Numbered from the stretch's first letter, positions 1-10,424 are shown. The stretch: 61,794 nucleotides of DNA from an uncultured archaeon (GCA_964632315.1 CAZWEM010000023.1:1-61794); one strand, 5' to 3'. Made by a program: numbers and translations. Notes: generated by a model from the sequence alone, not told the origin.

Positions 1-2
1 CT

Positions 3-419
3 GAAAAAAAAGTATATATTATTCCGTGTAGCGGAATTGGAAAAGTTTTTGGAAGTATAGGCCGTGAAACTACGTATATAGTCGTAAATGAATTAGCAAG
101 AGATAAGGCAGAACTGGAATGTTTACCACTAATTGTGAAAGGTAAAAAAGAAGTAATCGAAAAATTAAAAGAAAATAAGATAATTGCTATCGATGGATGT
201 CCTTTAAAATGTTCCTACAACAATTTGATGGAACAAGTTGGAAAAGTCGATGCTCAATTTATGACTACTAATATCGTAAAGGATAATCGAGAATTAAAAC
301 CAGAACCTTCAATAATGCCCATAGGAGAAAATACAAAAATTCTGTCCCGAAAATTAGCAGAACAAGTATCTCAGAAAGTTGAGGAATTACTTGAAAAAGA
401 AGGAGAGGAGGATAAATGA
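3..419 (+). CDS. DGC-domain putative zinc-binding protein (5'-truncated by window edge)
   Basis: Frame is open from position 3 (EKKVYIIPCSGIGKVFGSIGRE...ECLPL...) into the 135..419 ORF containing IAIDGCPLKC; the CSG...C...DGCxxxC pattern is typical of the DGC family. Confidence 0.8.
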   Translation, partial: EKKVYIIPCSGIGKVFGSIGRETTYIVVNELARDKAELECLPLIVKGKKEVIEKLKENKIIAIDGCPLKCSYNNLMEQVGKVDAQFMTTNIVKDNRELKPEPSIMPIGENTKILSRKLAEQVSQKVEELLEKEGEEDK

Positions 420-835
420 AGAAGAAAGTAGGAATTATTGCGTGTAGTGGAGAAAAATTGGTTGGTGGAACTCTAAGCAGAGCCGCCGCGAGAATCGTAG
501 TAGAGAAGTTGCGACCGAATAGTACAATCGTTTTATGTGAGCCTTTATTTGCAGCTGGAGGTTTGGAACGCCATGGTGGGCAAGAAGAGAGAAATTTTGC
601 AAAAGAGCACCCCACTATCACCATCGAAGGATGTGAAGAAGAATGTTCCAAAATTGCTGTAGAAAAGTATAGCGGACCAGCTGCAGCGACGATTCGAGTC
701 GATGAAATTTTAAAAGCACACCCTGAACTGATTCCTGATTCTCGGGAAGATTTAGGAGAAGATGGAAGAAAATTAGTGGAAATTATTGCGGATGAAATAG
801 CAAAAAAAGTAGATGAGTTATTTGTCAGCACTTAA
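416..835 (+). CDS. second DGC-domain protein
   Basis: IIACSG, VLC and ITIEGCEEEC motifs; ATGA-type overlap with the upstream gene; purine-rich GGAGG SD upstream. Confidence 0.8.
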   Translation: MKKKVGIIACSGEKLVGGTLSRAAARIVVEKLRPNSTIVLCEPLFAAGGLERHGGQEERNFAKEHPTITIEGCEEECSKIAVEKYSGPAAATIRVDEILKAHPELIPDSREDLGEDGRKLVEIIADEIAKKVDELFVST

Positions 836-864
836 TTTTAATTCAAAAAGAAGGGTGAATTATT

Positions 865-1929
865 ATGTTAAAATATTTAGAAAAAAAAAGAGATATCATT
901 AAAAATTTTCTACCCTCTTGGTTTGCAGTCATAATGGGTTTTGGAATTATAATTAGCTCGTCAATGGCTTATTCTTCGATGATTTCATATCTTCAGTATT
1001 TTGCTAATGTTTTGGCTTATATAAATATTGCATTGTTCGTTATATTACTCATTCCGTGGATTTTAAGATGGATTTTTTATACAAAGAACGCAATGGCTGA
1101 TTTTAAGCATCCAATTATGACTAATTTTTATCCTACGATAACAATTGCAACAATGATTATTGCGTTGAATCTGCAAATGATTGGTGTTCCGATGAATATA
1201 ACTTTGTGGATCTGGTTTGCAGGTGCAATAGGTACAATTTTTTTAAGCATCTCGATTCCCTTAATGATTTTTAATAATCACGAAATTGCATTACACCACG
1301 TAAATCCTTCATGGTTTATTCCTCCCGTTGGATTAATAGCAATCCCATTGTTTGGATATCCATTTCTATCATTGACAATGGGAATTTTAAATCAAATAGT
1401 TTTACTCCTTAATTATTTTGGTCTGGGAGCAGGAATTATGCTATATATATCGCTTCTTACAATAACGCTTCATAGATTTATCACTCATCCTCCCTTACCT
1501 AATGTACTTGCACCAACAATATGGATTGGACTCGGTCCTATCGGCGCTGGTATTGTTGCACTTTTAAATTTAATAGGAAGATCTACTTTCGTAACTATTA
1601 AAGAACCATTTAATGTATTTTCCCTTTTATTCTGGGGATTTGGACTTTGGTGGGCAATTCTTACGTTTATAATGACATTATATTACGCTAAAAAACTCAA
1701 ATTACCGTATTCATTATCATGGTGGGCTTTCATTTTTCCGTTTGGGGTTTTTGTGGTATCGAGTCATATGATTGGTGTCATTTTTCCGTCAATCGCAATT
1801 ATAGACGGAATTGGCTTTGTATTTTACTTGTTATTATTGATATTGTGGCTAATTACTTTAATTATGACCTTGAAAAGTGGGTTTACCGGTAAAGTTTTTA
1901 TTCGAGAATCGCTGCAAGACACAAAATAA
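865..1929 (+). CDS. TDT/SLAC1/TehA family anion or dicarboxylate transporter
   Basis: PSWFAVIMGFG, PSWFIPPVG and WWAFIFPFG motifs; about 10 hydrophobic segments. Confidence 0.88.
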   Translation: MLKYLEKKRDIIKNFLPSWFAVIMGFGIIISSSMAYSSMISYLQYFANVLAYINIALFVILLIPWILRWIFYTKNAMADFKHPIMTNFYPTITIATMIIALNLQMIGVPMNITLWIWFAGAIGTIFLSISIPLMIFNNHEIALHHVNPSWFIPPVGLIAIPLFGYPFLSLTMGILNQIVLLLNYFGLGAGIMLYISLLTITLHRFITHPPLPNVLAPTIWIGLGPIGAGIVALLNLIGRSTFVTIKEPFNVFSLLFWGFGLWWAILTFIMTLYYAKKLKLPYSLSWWAFIFPFGVFVVSSHMIGVIFPSIAIIDGIGFVFYLLLLILWLITLIMTLKSGFTGKVFIRESLQDTK

Positions 1930-1995
1930 GATTTGTCATATTATGAGTTAAAATAATTCTGAAACACAAAAATGCCAACAATGCAATAAGAAAAG

Positions 1996-2394
1996 TTAAA
2001 TGAATGGATAATATTGCTTAAACATATTTATATATTTTATAAATTTTTCATTGGCTAATTCATAATGAGTAAAATAACCTTTCTTAATCCCTCTAATCAA
2101 GCCCTCATTCTCAAGCAGTTTCAAATGGTGTGAAATAGAAGACTGTGATTTATCCAAAATTGCTTCTAACTCAGATACGCAGTAATCTTTCTGCATTAAT
2201 AATTTTAAAATATTTAACCGATTTTCATTACCAAGAACGTTAAAAAGTCGCCCTAAGCATGTTGTATTTCTATCTTTTACAAGATTCTTTCCTAACTGTT
2301 GTAAATTTTGAAAGTATGATTCTAAATCTATATCAACTAAATTCACACACATTTCAAGACTATTGATAATCTCTTTTTTTCTTTCTTCTTTCAT
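1996..2394 (-). CDS. arsR: ArsR/SmtB family transcriptional repressor
   Basis: LGNENRLNILKLL...YCVSEL...SQSSISHHLKLL winged HTH; divergent from acr3. Confidence 0.88.
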   Translation of the reverse strand: MKEERKKEIINSLEMCVNLVDIDLESYFQNLQQLGKNLVKDRNTTCLGRLFNVLGNENRLNILKLLMQKDYCVSELEAILDKSQSSISHHLKLLENEGLIRGIKKGYFTHYELANEKFIKYINMFKQYYPFI

Positions 2395-2544
2395 ATTTAA
2401 AATAAAATCTTCTTATGTTAGATTAATAATATAAAGGAATTACATTAATAAAAATTTGTCTAAATCCATGAATATGAAGCTAAATCGATAAATTTAAATT
2501 TAAAAAAATTTTCCTATTCTTAAACATTATATAATCTGATATTT

Positions 2545-2670
2545 ATGAATGAAGAAGAAAAAATAGAATTTAAAAGCTGTAATCATCTTGATCATAAAAT
2601 ATATGAAGATTTAGGAATGTTAGAAAGTAGAGCGATGAAAAGGGCTAAAAAGGGTTTTAGAAACGATTAA
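2545..2670 (+). CDS. 41-aa ORF upstream of acr3 (uORF or frameshifted Acr3 N-terminus)
   Basis: ATG at 2545 to TAA at 2668-2670: [41 protein letters not shown]; overlaps the open Acr3 frame. Confidence 0.35.
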   Translation: MNEEEKIEFKSCNHLDHKIYEDLGMLESRAMKRAKKGFRND

Positions 2671-2701
2671 AAGCACTGAGCCTGCTAAACGGCTCTCATT
2701 T

Positions 2702-3718
2702 TTGAATAAGTATCTTACACTCTGGATTTTTATTGCTATGGCAATAGGTATTTTACTAGCATTTTTTTTACCGAGTTTTGAGTACATTCTTTCACAGTAT
2801 CAAGTGGGTTATACAAACATTCCAATAGCAATCGGGTTAATTCTAATGATGTATCCACCATTAGCTAAAGTTCATTATGAAGAATTAAATGATGTATTCA
2901 AGGATAAAAAAGTTTTAAGTTTAGCTTTAATTCAAAATTGGTTAATAGGGCCATTTTTGATGTTTATACTAGCCGTAATTTTTCTTGGGGGGTATCCTGA
3001 ATACATGATTGGTGTAATTTTAATCGGTCTTGCCAGATGCATAGCAATGGTCATTGTATGGAATGATTTAGCGGGAGGAAGCCGTGAGTACGCAGCAGGG
3101 TTAGTAGCATTTAACAGCATATTTCAGGTGCTTTTTTATAGTATTTATGCTTGGTTTTTTATAACCTTATTACCACATTTACTCGGACTCCAATCGAATA
3201 TTTTGAATATAGGGATTGGGTTGATCGCAGAAACTGTTTTTATTTATTTAGGAATCCCTTTTATCTTAGGATTTCTAACCCGTAAAATATTAATTAAAGT
3301 AAAAGGAACTGAATGGTATTCTACAAAATTTCTTCCAAAAATTACTCCAATTACTTTAATAGCTCTTTTATTCACCATTGTTGTAATGTTTGGATTAAAA
3401 GGGGGGCAAATTATTACAATTCCATTGGATGTATTAAGGATTGCAATCCCTCTAATTATTTACTTTATATTAATGTTCCTAATCAGTTTCGCAATGAGTA
3501 AAAAATTAGGGGCGGATTATAAAAAGTCTACTAGTTTATCGTTTACAGCTGCAAGTAATAATTTTGAGCTTTCACTTGCAATAGCTATTTCGATATTTGG
3601 GTTAGGATCGGGCATTGCTTTTGCTGCGGTAATTGGCCCTTTAATTGAAGTTCCAGTCATGATATCATTAGTAAACGTAGCAAATTATTTCAAAAAGAAA
3701 TTTTTTATGAGATCATAA
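2702..3718 (+). CDS. acr3: ACR3 family arsenite efflux transporter (true start uncertain)
   Basis: [44 protein letters not shown] and GPLIEVPVM; conserved KRLSF lies in frame upstream of the called TTG. Confidence 0.95.
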   Translation: MNKYLTLWIFIAMAIGILLAFFLPSFEYILSQYQVGYTNIPIAIGLILMMYPPLAKVHYEELNDVFKDKKVLSLALIQNWLIGPFLMFILAVIFLGGYPEYMIGVILIGLARCIAMVIVWNDLAGGSREYAAGLVAFNSIFQVLFYSIYAWFFITLLPHLLGLQSNILNIGIGLIAETVFIYLGIPFILGFLTRKILIKVKGTEWYSTKFLPKITPITLIALLFTIVVMFGLKGGQIITIPLDVLRIAIPLIIYFILMFLISFAMSKKLGADYKKSTSLSFTAASNNFELSLAIAISIFGLGSGIAFAAVIGPLIEVPVMISLVNVANYFKKKFFMRS

Positions 3719-3883
3719 AAATCATAATCTTTTCCATAGAAACGAAAATAGTTATAAAATGAGGGAAAATTTTAAAGGCGACTTGCAGAAGCAATTTTTT
3801 CATCAAAAAAGCATTTCTTCAACCTAATTTGTGTTGATATGCTTTTTTTAACCTACAGTAGAAAAGTAATAGATCGCATTCGA

Positions 3884-4345
3884 TTAAATTCCTATAATCG
3901 AGCTAGTATTTTTATATTCTTTGAGCACCATATTACTGATAGTCTTAGTAACCCACTGTTTTTCATTGATTTCACGAATAAAATCATGTACATTTTCTGG
4001 TTCTTTAAATCGGCAGATCAAGGCAGCCGACTGCTCTCCCGTAGTATGAAAGATAGAACATACTTCTGGTTTTTCTCTTAAACTTTCCAAAATATCAGAT
4101 GTATGCTTACCATCAATCTGAACTCTGATTAAAAATGTAAATTTGTACCCTAGTTTAATATTATTCAATTTAAGAGTATAACCTTCAATAATCTCACTTG
4201 CTTCCAATTTATTGATTCGATTATGGATGGTTCCTATTGAGATTCCAAGTTCATCTTGAATCTCTCGATATGAAGTTTTTGCATTTTCTTGTAAAATACG
4301 AATGATATCCCTATCAATATCATCTAAATCTTTTTCTTTTTTCAT
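3884..4345 (-). CDS. Lrp/AsnC family transcriptional regulator
   Basis: LDDIDRDIIRILQENAKTSYREI HTH, followed by an AsnC ligand-binding domain (TTGE). Confidence 0.93.
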   Translation of the reverse strand: MKKEKDLDDIDRDIIRILQENAKTSYREIQDELGISIGTIHNRINKLEASEIIEGYTLKLNNIKLGYKFTFLIRVQIDGKHTSDILESLREKPEVCSIFHTTGEQSAALICRFKEPENVHDFIREINEKQWVTKTISNMVLKEYKNTSSIIGI

Positions 4346-4640
4346 GAGTTAGACCCTATATACTAAGTTTACCAAGACAATATACTTTAAATTTTGAAAA
4401 ATATTTAAAACTTGTTTTTGATAGATGAAAAAATTGCTATTAATATCGAATTTTCTTCAATTTTTTTAAATATGTGATTAAGTTTATTCTTACTGAATTT
4501 TTTTCTATTGCTAAATGAGATAAACTAATGGAAAAGATCAAGCGTAAATTTTATTAAAATTTTTTATGGTGCTTATCTTTATATAAATATCAATTTGGAA
4601 TTATTAAGATTTTTAGAAAAACTTAAAGTGAGCTAAAAAG

Positions 4641-5801
4641 ATGCCTGAATTTATCGTTACTCCTTGGGAGGTTTCTGGTGAAATTGATTACGATCAAATC
4701 ATAAAAGAATTTGGAATTGAACCGATTGATCAAAAATTATTGATAGAAATGAAGCAAATTACAAAAGAGATTCATCCATTCCTAACCAGGAAAATCTTTT
4801 TTGCTCATCGAGATTTCAAATGGATCTTAGATGAATATAAAGAAGGAAATCCATTTTATCTTTACACAGGAAGAGGTCCTTCTGGAAGTGTTCATCTTGG
4901 ACATGTAATGCCTTGGTTGTTCACTAAGTGGCTTCAAGACAAGTTTAATGTGGAGTTATGGTTCCAATTAACGGATGATGAAAAATTCCTATTTAATCAA
5001 TCACTTTCATATGAAGAGGCTTATAATTATTCCTATGACAACGCTTTGGACATTATCGCATTAGGTTTTGATCCAAAAAAGACCTTTATTTTTTCTGATA
5101 TTGATCTAGCTGGTATACTCTATCAAAATGCTTTGAAAATTGCGAAAAAGATAACCTTCTCTACCATTAAAGCTACTTTTGGTTTAGATAATAGTTCGAA
5201 TATCGGGCAAATATTTTATACAAGTATTCAGACTGTTCCAGCTATACTTAAATCTTTGATCGATGAGAAAAATGTACCTTGCTTGATTCCCCACGCAGTC
5301 GATCAAGACCCACATTTTAGGTTATCTAGAGATGTTCTACCAAAACTCGGATATTATAAACCCGCTTCGATCCAATGCATTTTCCTTCCAAGCCTCCAAC
5401 AAGGAGGGAAGATGTCAGCATCAATAGAAAATACTGCAATATTTACTAAAGATACGCCAAAGGAAGTAAAAAGAAAAGTAAATAACGCATTTACAGGAGG
5501 TCAGCCCAGTGCAAAACTCCAGAGAGAGCTAGGCGGGAATCCATCCGTTTGCTCTGTCTTCAAGTATCATTTTATGCTCTTTACTTTAGATGATGAAGAA
5601 ATTAAAAAAATCGAATCAAGATGTCGAAGTGGATCTCTTTTGTGTGGAGAGTGTAAAAATAATCTAACCCAGAAGATAAATGCTTTTCTTAAAACGCATC
5701 AAGAAGAGAGGGAGAAGGCTAAAGATAGGATTGATGAATTTTTAATTAAAGAGAAATTGGATTTAAAGGAAATTGTTCAAGAAAAATTGAAAAAATTATA
5801 A
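4641..5801 (+). CDS. trpS: tryptophanyl-tRNA synthetase (archaeal/eukaryotic type)
   Basis: VTPWEV, YTGRGPS, HLGH (HIGH-like), DQDPHFR and KMSAS (KMSKS-like). Confidence 0.97.
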   Translation: MPEFIVTPWEVSGEIDYDQIIKEFGIEPIDQKLLIEMKQITKEIHPFLTRKIFFAHRDFKWILDEYKEGNPFYLYTGRGPSGSVHLGHVMPWLFTKWLQDKFNVELWFQLTDDEKFLFNQSLSYEEAYNYSYDNALDIIALGFDPKKTFIFSDIDLAGILYQNALKIAKKITFSTIKATFGLDNSSNIGQIFYTSIQTVPAILKSLIDEKNVPCLIPHAVDQDPHFRLSRDVLPKLGYYKPASIQCIFLPSLQQGGKMSASIENTAIFTKDTPKEVKRKVNNAFTGGQPSAKLQRELGGNPSVCSVFKYHFMLFTLDDEEIKKIESRCRSGSLLCGECKNNLTQKINAFLKTHQEEREKAKDRIDEFLIKEKLDLKEIVQEKLKKL

Positions 5802-5821
5802 AAAGTTGAAAGGATTATTTT

Positions 5822-6763
5822 TTAGGTTTTAATTAATGACTCCAAAATATCACTGACATTGACGAGAAAGTCAGAAAACTTCTCAAGAAAATCCTTTTTA
5901 TTATTTTCGTGTAAAATTACTGATATGAAAAAAGAATGATTATATATCTCAATTTTATGTAAGTATGATAATAATTCATTTCTAATCAATCTAAAGTTTG
6001 AATTTACCTCATACGATTCTTTTTGGATCCTTTTAAGAAGAATTAGATGTTCCTTAATCCCTTCCAAAAACTCAGTATATATCTCAGGCTCTATAGTATT
6101 GTTATAAAATTCACTTAGGATAATTCCATTTTTGTCGAATATAATTAGAGATTTACTATTAAATTCTTCTAAATATTCCTCTAAAAGTTCAGAAAGCTCG
6201 AAAAATTTTTCATCAAAAACAGAGAGCCCATAAGAAATCATTTGAACAATTGACATTACGTCATATATTGATGTCAATTGATAAAGTATTTTAAATGTTG
6301 GATATTTATTGCTTATCAAATTCCTTAAAGCATCAATGTCGTTTAAGAGATTCTCATTAGATCTTATATCCGGATCATATTTATGAAATGCCATAATCAC
6401 TGGGATTTCAATTTTATTTTTCATGAAATGATTTAAAATAAGATCTAGGTAATTCAATGAAGCTTCTTCTCGTTCTTTATCTTGAATATCAATTAGGTAT
6501 AACAAAAGATCTGTTCCAGCAAAATAGAGATCTTTTTTAGCCTGATAAATTTCTCGGTATTTTTCTTGTCCTCCCATATCCCAAAAAACTACTTTATTTG
6601 TAAGGAATTCCATCATATGATATTCCACTCTGATGGTAGGTGCGAGAGACATAATATCTTTACTAAAGTCATACTTTTTATCCAAAACTTTTAATATAGA
6701 GGTCTTTCCAGCATTATCTAAACCAGCAATAATGATCTTGATCAATTCTTCCATAAAATTCAC
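5822..6763 (-). CDS. Arf/Rag-like small GTPase with a C-terminal roadblock/longin-like domain
   Basis: GLDNAGKT (G1), PT (G2), WDMGGQ (G3), HKYD (G4); about 130-aa C-terminal extension with SLIIFDKNGIILS. Confidence 0.85.
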   Translation of the reverse strand: MNFMEELIKIIIAGLDNAGKTSILKVLDKKYDFSKDIMSLAPTIRVEYHMMEFLTNKVVFWDMGGQEKYREIYQAKKDLYFAGTDLLLYLIDIQDKEREEASLNYLDLILNHFMKNKIEIPVIMAFHKYDPDIRSNENLLNDIDALRNLISNKYPTFKILYQLTSIYDVMSIVQMISYGLSVFDEKFFELSELLEEYLEEFNSKSLIIFDKNGIILSEFYNNTIEPEIYTEFLEGIKEHLILLKRIQKESYEVNSNFRLIRNELLSYLHKIEIYNHSFFISVILHENNKKDFLEKFSDFLVNVSDILESLIKT

Positions 6764-6966
6764 ATAATTTGATTAAAATTTAACTATTTTAACCTTATTT
6801 TCTTAAATGGTTTAATATCAAGTAAAATTCATTATTTTTAACCTTATGTTCTTCGAAATTCAAGTGAAAAGAAAGATATGATTCTGGTAATATTCTGATG
6901 ATAATTGCGGCTCATGTAAATGATATTCCAATTTTAAAGTAACTTATGTTTTGGGTATATTAATGA

Positions 6967-7215
6967 ATGTTCTTGATGGTGGTGATTGGGTTGTATAATG
7001 ATATAAATAGATTTCTCGAATATTTAACATATCAAACAAATCTAAATAATAAAAGTGAAAATTTCTTCAAAAAAATACCATTTTTAGAATCTCAACTAAA
7101 GGAAAAAAGTAATAAGATTGAAGTTATGATTGAGGAGTTCGAAGACGTTAGAAGAAGAGATATATATGGTTTAATTGTTCAGGAGTTTACAGAAATATTA
7201 GAAAGAAAGGGATAA
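6967..7215 (+). CDS. hypothetical protein or gene remnant
   Basis: 82-aa helical ORF whose stop abuts the convergent yjbQ stop; no recognised motif. Confidence 0.35.
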   Translation: MFLMVVIGLYNDINRFLEYLTYQTNLNNKSENFFKKIPFLESQLKEKSNKIEVMIEEFEDVRRRDIYGLIVQEFTEILERKG

Positions 7216-7217
7216 AA

Positions 7218-7646
7218 TTATTCCCCGATAACTTGACAATAGATTGTCCTTCTTCTAGGCTTCTCATCAAACTCACAAAAAATAATTTGCTGCCACGTTC
7301 CCAATATCAATTTTTTATTTGTAAAAGGAAATGTTTGAGATGTTTTAATTAAAAAACTCCTTAGATGACCAGAACCATTATGATCATGCCAAGTTTTATG
7401 ATGTGCATATTCTCTTGAATAAGGGAGAATGTTCTCTAAAAATTCTTCTATATCATATTTTATCAATCCCGGTTCATACTCCACTGTGGATATTGCACCT
7501 GTGGAACCTGCAACATGAACATTCACAAGTCCATCAGTTATTTGGCTATCTTTTACCGCTTTCTGGACCTGTGGAGTTATATCAATCAAATCACATTGAG
7601 TTTTTGTTTGAATGTCAAAGGAAAATAATTTAACAGTCATTTTCAT
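7218..7646 (-). CDS. yjbQ: YjbQ/UPF0047 family protein
   Basis: DITPQV, GSTGAISTVEYE, YAHH...NGSGH and LGTWQQIIFCEFD. Confidence 0.92.
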   Translation of the reverse strand: MKMTVKLFSFDIQTKTQCDLIDITPQVQKAVKDSQITDGLVNVHVAGSTGAISTVEYEPGLIKYDIEEFLENILPYSREYAHHKTWHDHNGSGHLRSFLIKTSQTFPFTNKKLILGTWQQIIFCEFDEKPRRRTIYCQVIGE

Positions 7647-7763
7647 ATGTTCATTTTTTAATTTTGAAAGAGATAATTATAATTATTTGATAAGGTTTAT
7701 TAGAAAATTTCAGTAACAATTAAAGCTAAAATTAAGGAATTATTTTAATCAAATGATACTAAC

Positions 7764-8183
7764 ATGAAAGATCGATTGAAAGAATTCTTAAAGAAAATAC
7801 ATGACCCTAAAAATAAGATACCTGAATATGCAACCATAATCGTAAGACCAGGTAAGAAGTTAATTGATTTTAAGATCAAGAAAGAGCCAGAAAATATTTT
7901 AAGGGTAATTGCTCATGAGGAAAAGAGAAAGGGCTGGTTCATCCATTCATTTCACATTCCCATCAAAAATTTAGGTTTACCTCCAGATTCAAAAGATAAA
8001 GATATACTTTTTAATTTAACCAATCCTGGAAATATTGCGAACAGTGAAACTAAAAGTTTTGTCGAAGATATCCTCAGAAAATACATTGAAATCTTACCTG
8101 AGAAGAAAAAACACTATTTTAAAACTCAGAGGTTTAAGAAAAAGAAGGAATTTCAAACAGGAGTTAAACTAAAAGGATTTTAA
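7764..8183 (+). CDS. hypothetical basic protein
   Basis: 139-aa ATG-initiated ORF filling the intergenic space; Lys-rich C-terminus. Confidence 0.65.
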   Translation: MKDRLKEFLKKIHDPKNKIPEYATIIVRPGKKLIDFKIKKEPENILRVIAHEEKRKGWFIHSFHIPIKNLGLPPDSKDKDILFNLTNPGNIANSETKSFVEDILRKYIEILPEKKKHYFKTQRFKKKKEFQTGVKLKGF

Positions 8184-8244
8184 TCACTTTTTCTTGTTAT
8201 AAGAACTCCATTTAATGAATTTTGCATGAGTTGTTGAAAAAAGA

Positions 8245-9111
8245 TCATTGTCTCAAGGGCATTCCATCTAAATTGAAAAATTCTTCTTTTTTCGGTTTTC
8301 TCTCTCGATAAGGATTTTCAATATCATTAATTTTCCTTGCAAATGTTATGTATCCAGTATGGCCAATCATTCGTACTTGAGGCCTGGTTGCGTTTTTTTT
8401 GACTTGCATCGTTCTTTTAAGTAATTCATAAGTGTTAATTTCTATGAACTCATTCTTTTTTAGTTTAAAATGGGTTTTTTTTACTTGTTCAATAGTAGGA
8501 GAGAATGATACAAAAATTCCACTTAATTTGAGATAGTTCCTGATTTTCTCAATTGCCTCCCAAGGTTGAGGCATATCCAGTATAATGACATCTATATTTG
8601 AATGATCTAAACTCTCAGAAACAATATCTCCATAATTAATAGATACATAATCCGATAATTTTGTTTGCTCCACATTTTTTCGAGCAAGTTTCAGATTTTT
8701 TTCTTCAATATCATATGAAAAGACATGTCCATTAGGGCGAATAATAGTTCCTAAAATACAAGTTAATGCTCCTGAACCACATCCCGCCTCTATTATTTTA
8801 GTTCCAGGTTTTATACCTGCATACATAATGATTAGTCCAGCATCTTCGGGATAAATAATTTGCGTCTTTCTCTGCATATGCAAAATATAATCAGAGGCTA
8901 GAGGTTCTAATACATAGAATTTATATCCTTGAGTTTCGTAAGGTTTTGAGAAAATAACCCTTCCATAAGGTTTTCCAATAATATCATCGTGATTTACGAT
9001 TCCTTTATGAGAATGAAATTCACCGCCATGTTTAACTTGTAAGAGCCATCTTCTCCTTTCATCAAATACTAAAAATACAAAATCGTATTCAGAAACTATT
9101 TTTTGATTCAT
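8245..9111 (-). CDS. trmI: tRNA (adenine-57/58-N1)-methyltransferase TrmI/Gcd14
   Basis: RKTQIIYPED, EAGCGSG, LDMPQPW, FSPTIEQV and RMIGHTGY. Confidence 0.95.
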   Translation of the reverse strand: MNQKIVSEYDFVFLVFDERRRWLLQVKHGGEFHSHKGIVNHDDIIGKPYGRVIFSKPYETQGYKFYVLEPLASDYILHMQRKTQIIYPEDAGLIIMYAGIKPGTKIIEAGCGSGALTCILGTIIRPNGHVFSYDIEEKNLKLARKNVEQTKLSDYVSINYGDIVSESLDHSNIDVIILDMPQPWEAIEKIRNYLKLSGIFVSFSPTIEQVKKTHFKLKKNEFIEINTYELLKRTMQVKKNATRPQVRMIGHTGYITFARKINDIENPYRERKPKKEEFFNLDGMPLRQ

Positions 9112-9330
9112 AAGAAACTTAAACGACCACTTGTTATTTAAGAGATATAAACAATAAAAAGGTATTATTAGATTAATTCTTTTATATATGAGAAGATCAA
9201 GATGAAATTAGTCTATGGAAATTTGACAATTATGTAAATTCTTACCAAAAATATAAAATATATGGTAAATTGAAATAATTAACATTATTATATCGATTTT
9301 CTTTAAAATTACTCGATTAAGTATTTATTC

Positions 9331-10248
9331 ATGAGTAAAGAAAAAAATTCTGAGTTTCAACATTCTGGAAATTCATTTAAGGACATACAACTTCAAATAG
9401 AAGAGTTCAGACAAAAAAGAGACAATCTAAATCAGAAAACGAAAGTATATATAAATGAGCTTCAAGAAATTGATAATGAAATTGAAAAGTTACTCAAGGT
9501 TTCAAGGGAAAACTATAAAAAGAAAAGAGATTACTGGAATAAAAAAGTTAAGCAGTTAAAAGAAAAGAAAATTGAATACAAAGATATGTTAGAAGCTGTT
9601 ATTGAAGAAAGGAAAAATATTAATAAGAATAACAGACTTGGAAATGATAACAAATCGTTTGTATCAATTAAACAAATTGAAAGGAAGATTGAAAATTTAG
9701 AAAGACGGATAGAAACCGAGAACTTGGATATTTCTGAAGAAAATATTATTGTTGATAAAATCAAAGAATTAGCGGAAATCAAGCAGGAATTTTTAGCCGA
9801 ACAAAAAAATACGGATTATTTTAAAATTGAACGTAAGATTCAAATTATTAAGATTAATCTGAATAAAATTTATGAACAACTTACTAAATGGTCAAATAAA
9901 TCACAGAAATATCATTCCAAACTTCAAGAAGTCTATGATAAAATAAATAGTTTAAAGGAGAAAAAGAAACACATTGAAGAGGATCTCATAGAGAATAAAA
10001 AATTAGCGGATAAATATCACGATCAATTTTTACAGGTCATGAATAAGAGAAAAAAAGTCTCTAGAGGGAAGAAAGGATATCGAAGTTCTAAAAGAAATAG
10101 ACCCAATTTCTCTTATAATAGAAAGAAAAATGATGAGTTAGAAAAGCTTAAGCAGGACAAATTAGCTACTGCTCTAGAAAAGCAAAAAGCTGGCAAAAAA
10201 TTAAATTTGTATGAAGCTCGACTAATTTTAGAATCATCAGATAGATGA
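9331..10248 (+). CDS. archaeal coiled-coil protein (COG1340-like)
   Basis: Long heptad pattern with KRDNLN, LERRIETENLDISEE and C-terminal KAGKKLNLYE, typical of this conserved family. Confidence 0.72.
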   Translation: MSKEKNSEFQHSGNSFKDIQLQIEEFRQKRDNLNQKTKVYINELQEIDNEIEKLLKVSRENYKKKRDYWNKKVKQLKEKKIEYKDMLEAVIEERKNINKNNRLGNDNKSFVSIKQIERKIENLERRIETENLDISEENIIVDKIKELAEIKQEFLAEQKNTDYFKIERKIQIIKINLNKIYEQLTKWSNKSQKYHSKLQEVYDKINSLKEKKKHIEEDLIENKKLADKYHDQFLQVMNKRKKVSRGKKGYRSSKRNRPNFSYNRKKNDELEKLKQDKLATALEKQKAGKKLNLYEARLILESSDR

Positions 10249-10424
10249 TAAAGTAATTTAATTATTGCTATTTTGATACATTTTTTCGCCATTGTCTTCG
10301 AAGATATAGAATTACTTTAAGAGGCTTATTTTGTATCTAAATAGAATTTTGAAAGAGAATGACATAATGTTTAAAAAAATTGGCTTTTTATTATTTTACA
10401 ATCTCAAAAATAAAAATTAATTGA

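Noticed and set aside
268-831. 187-aa minus-strand ORF and the many other short ORFs nested in or antisense to genes (e.g. 2932, 3313, 3839, 7403, 9531, 10540, 14197, 16077, 19712, 24392, 36866-38230, 39161, 41796, 43582, 45280, 52400, 53144, 53393, 58908)
   Set aside because: They are shadow ORFs overlapping well-supported genes and have no recognisable motifs
2636-2638. In-frame TGA upstream of acr3 as a possible selenocysteine codon
   Set aside because: An in-frame TAG lies five codons further upstream with no start between, the position is not a conserved Cys site, and no SECIS was recognised
9331-10248. SMC-like or cytoskeletal filament protein
   Set aside because: No Walker motifs or hinge; it fits a widespread archaeal coiled-coil family
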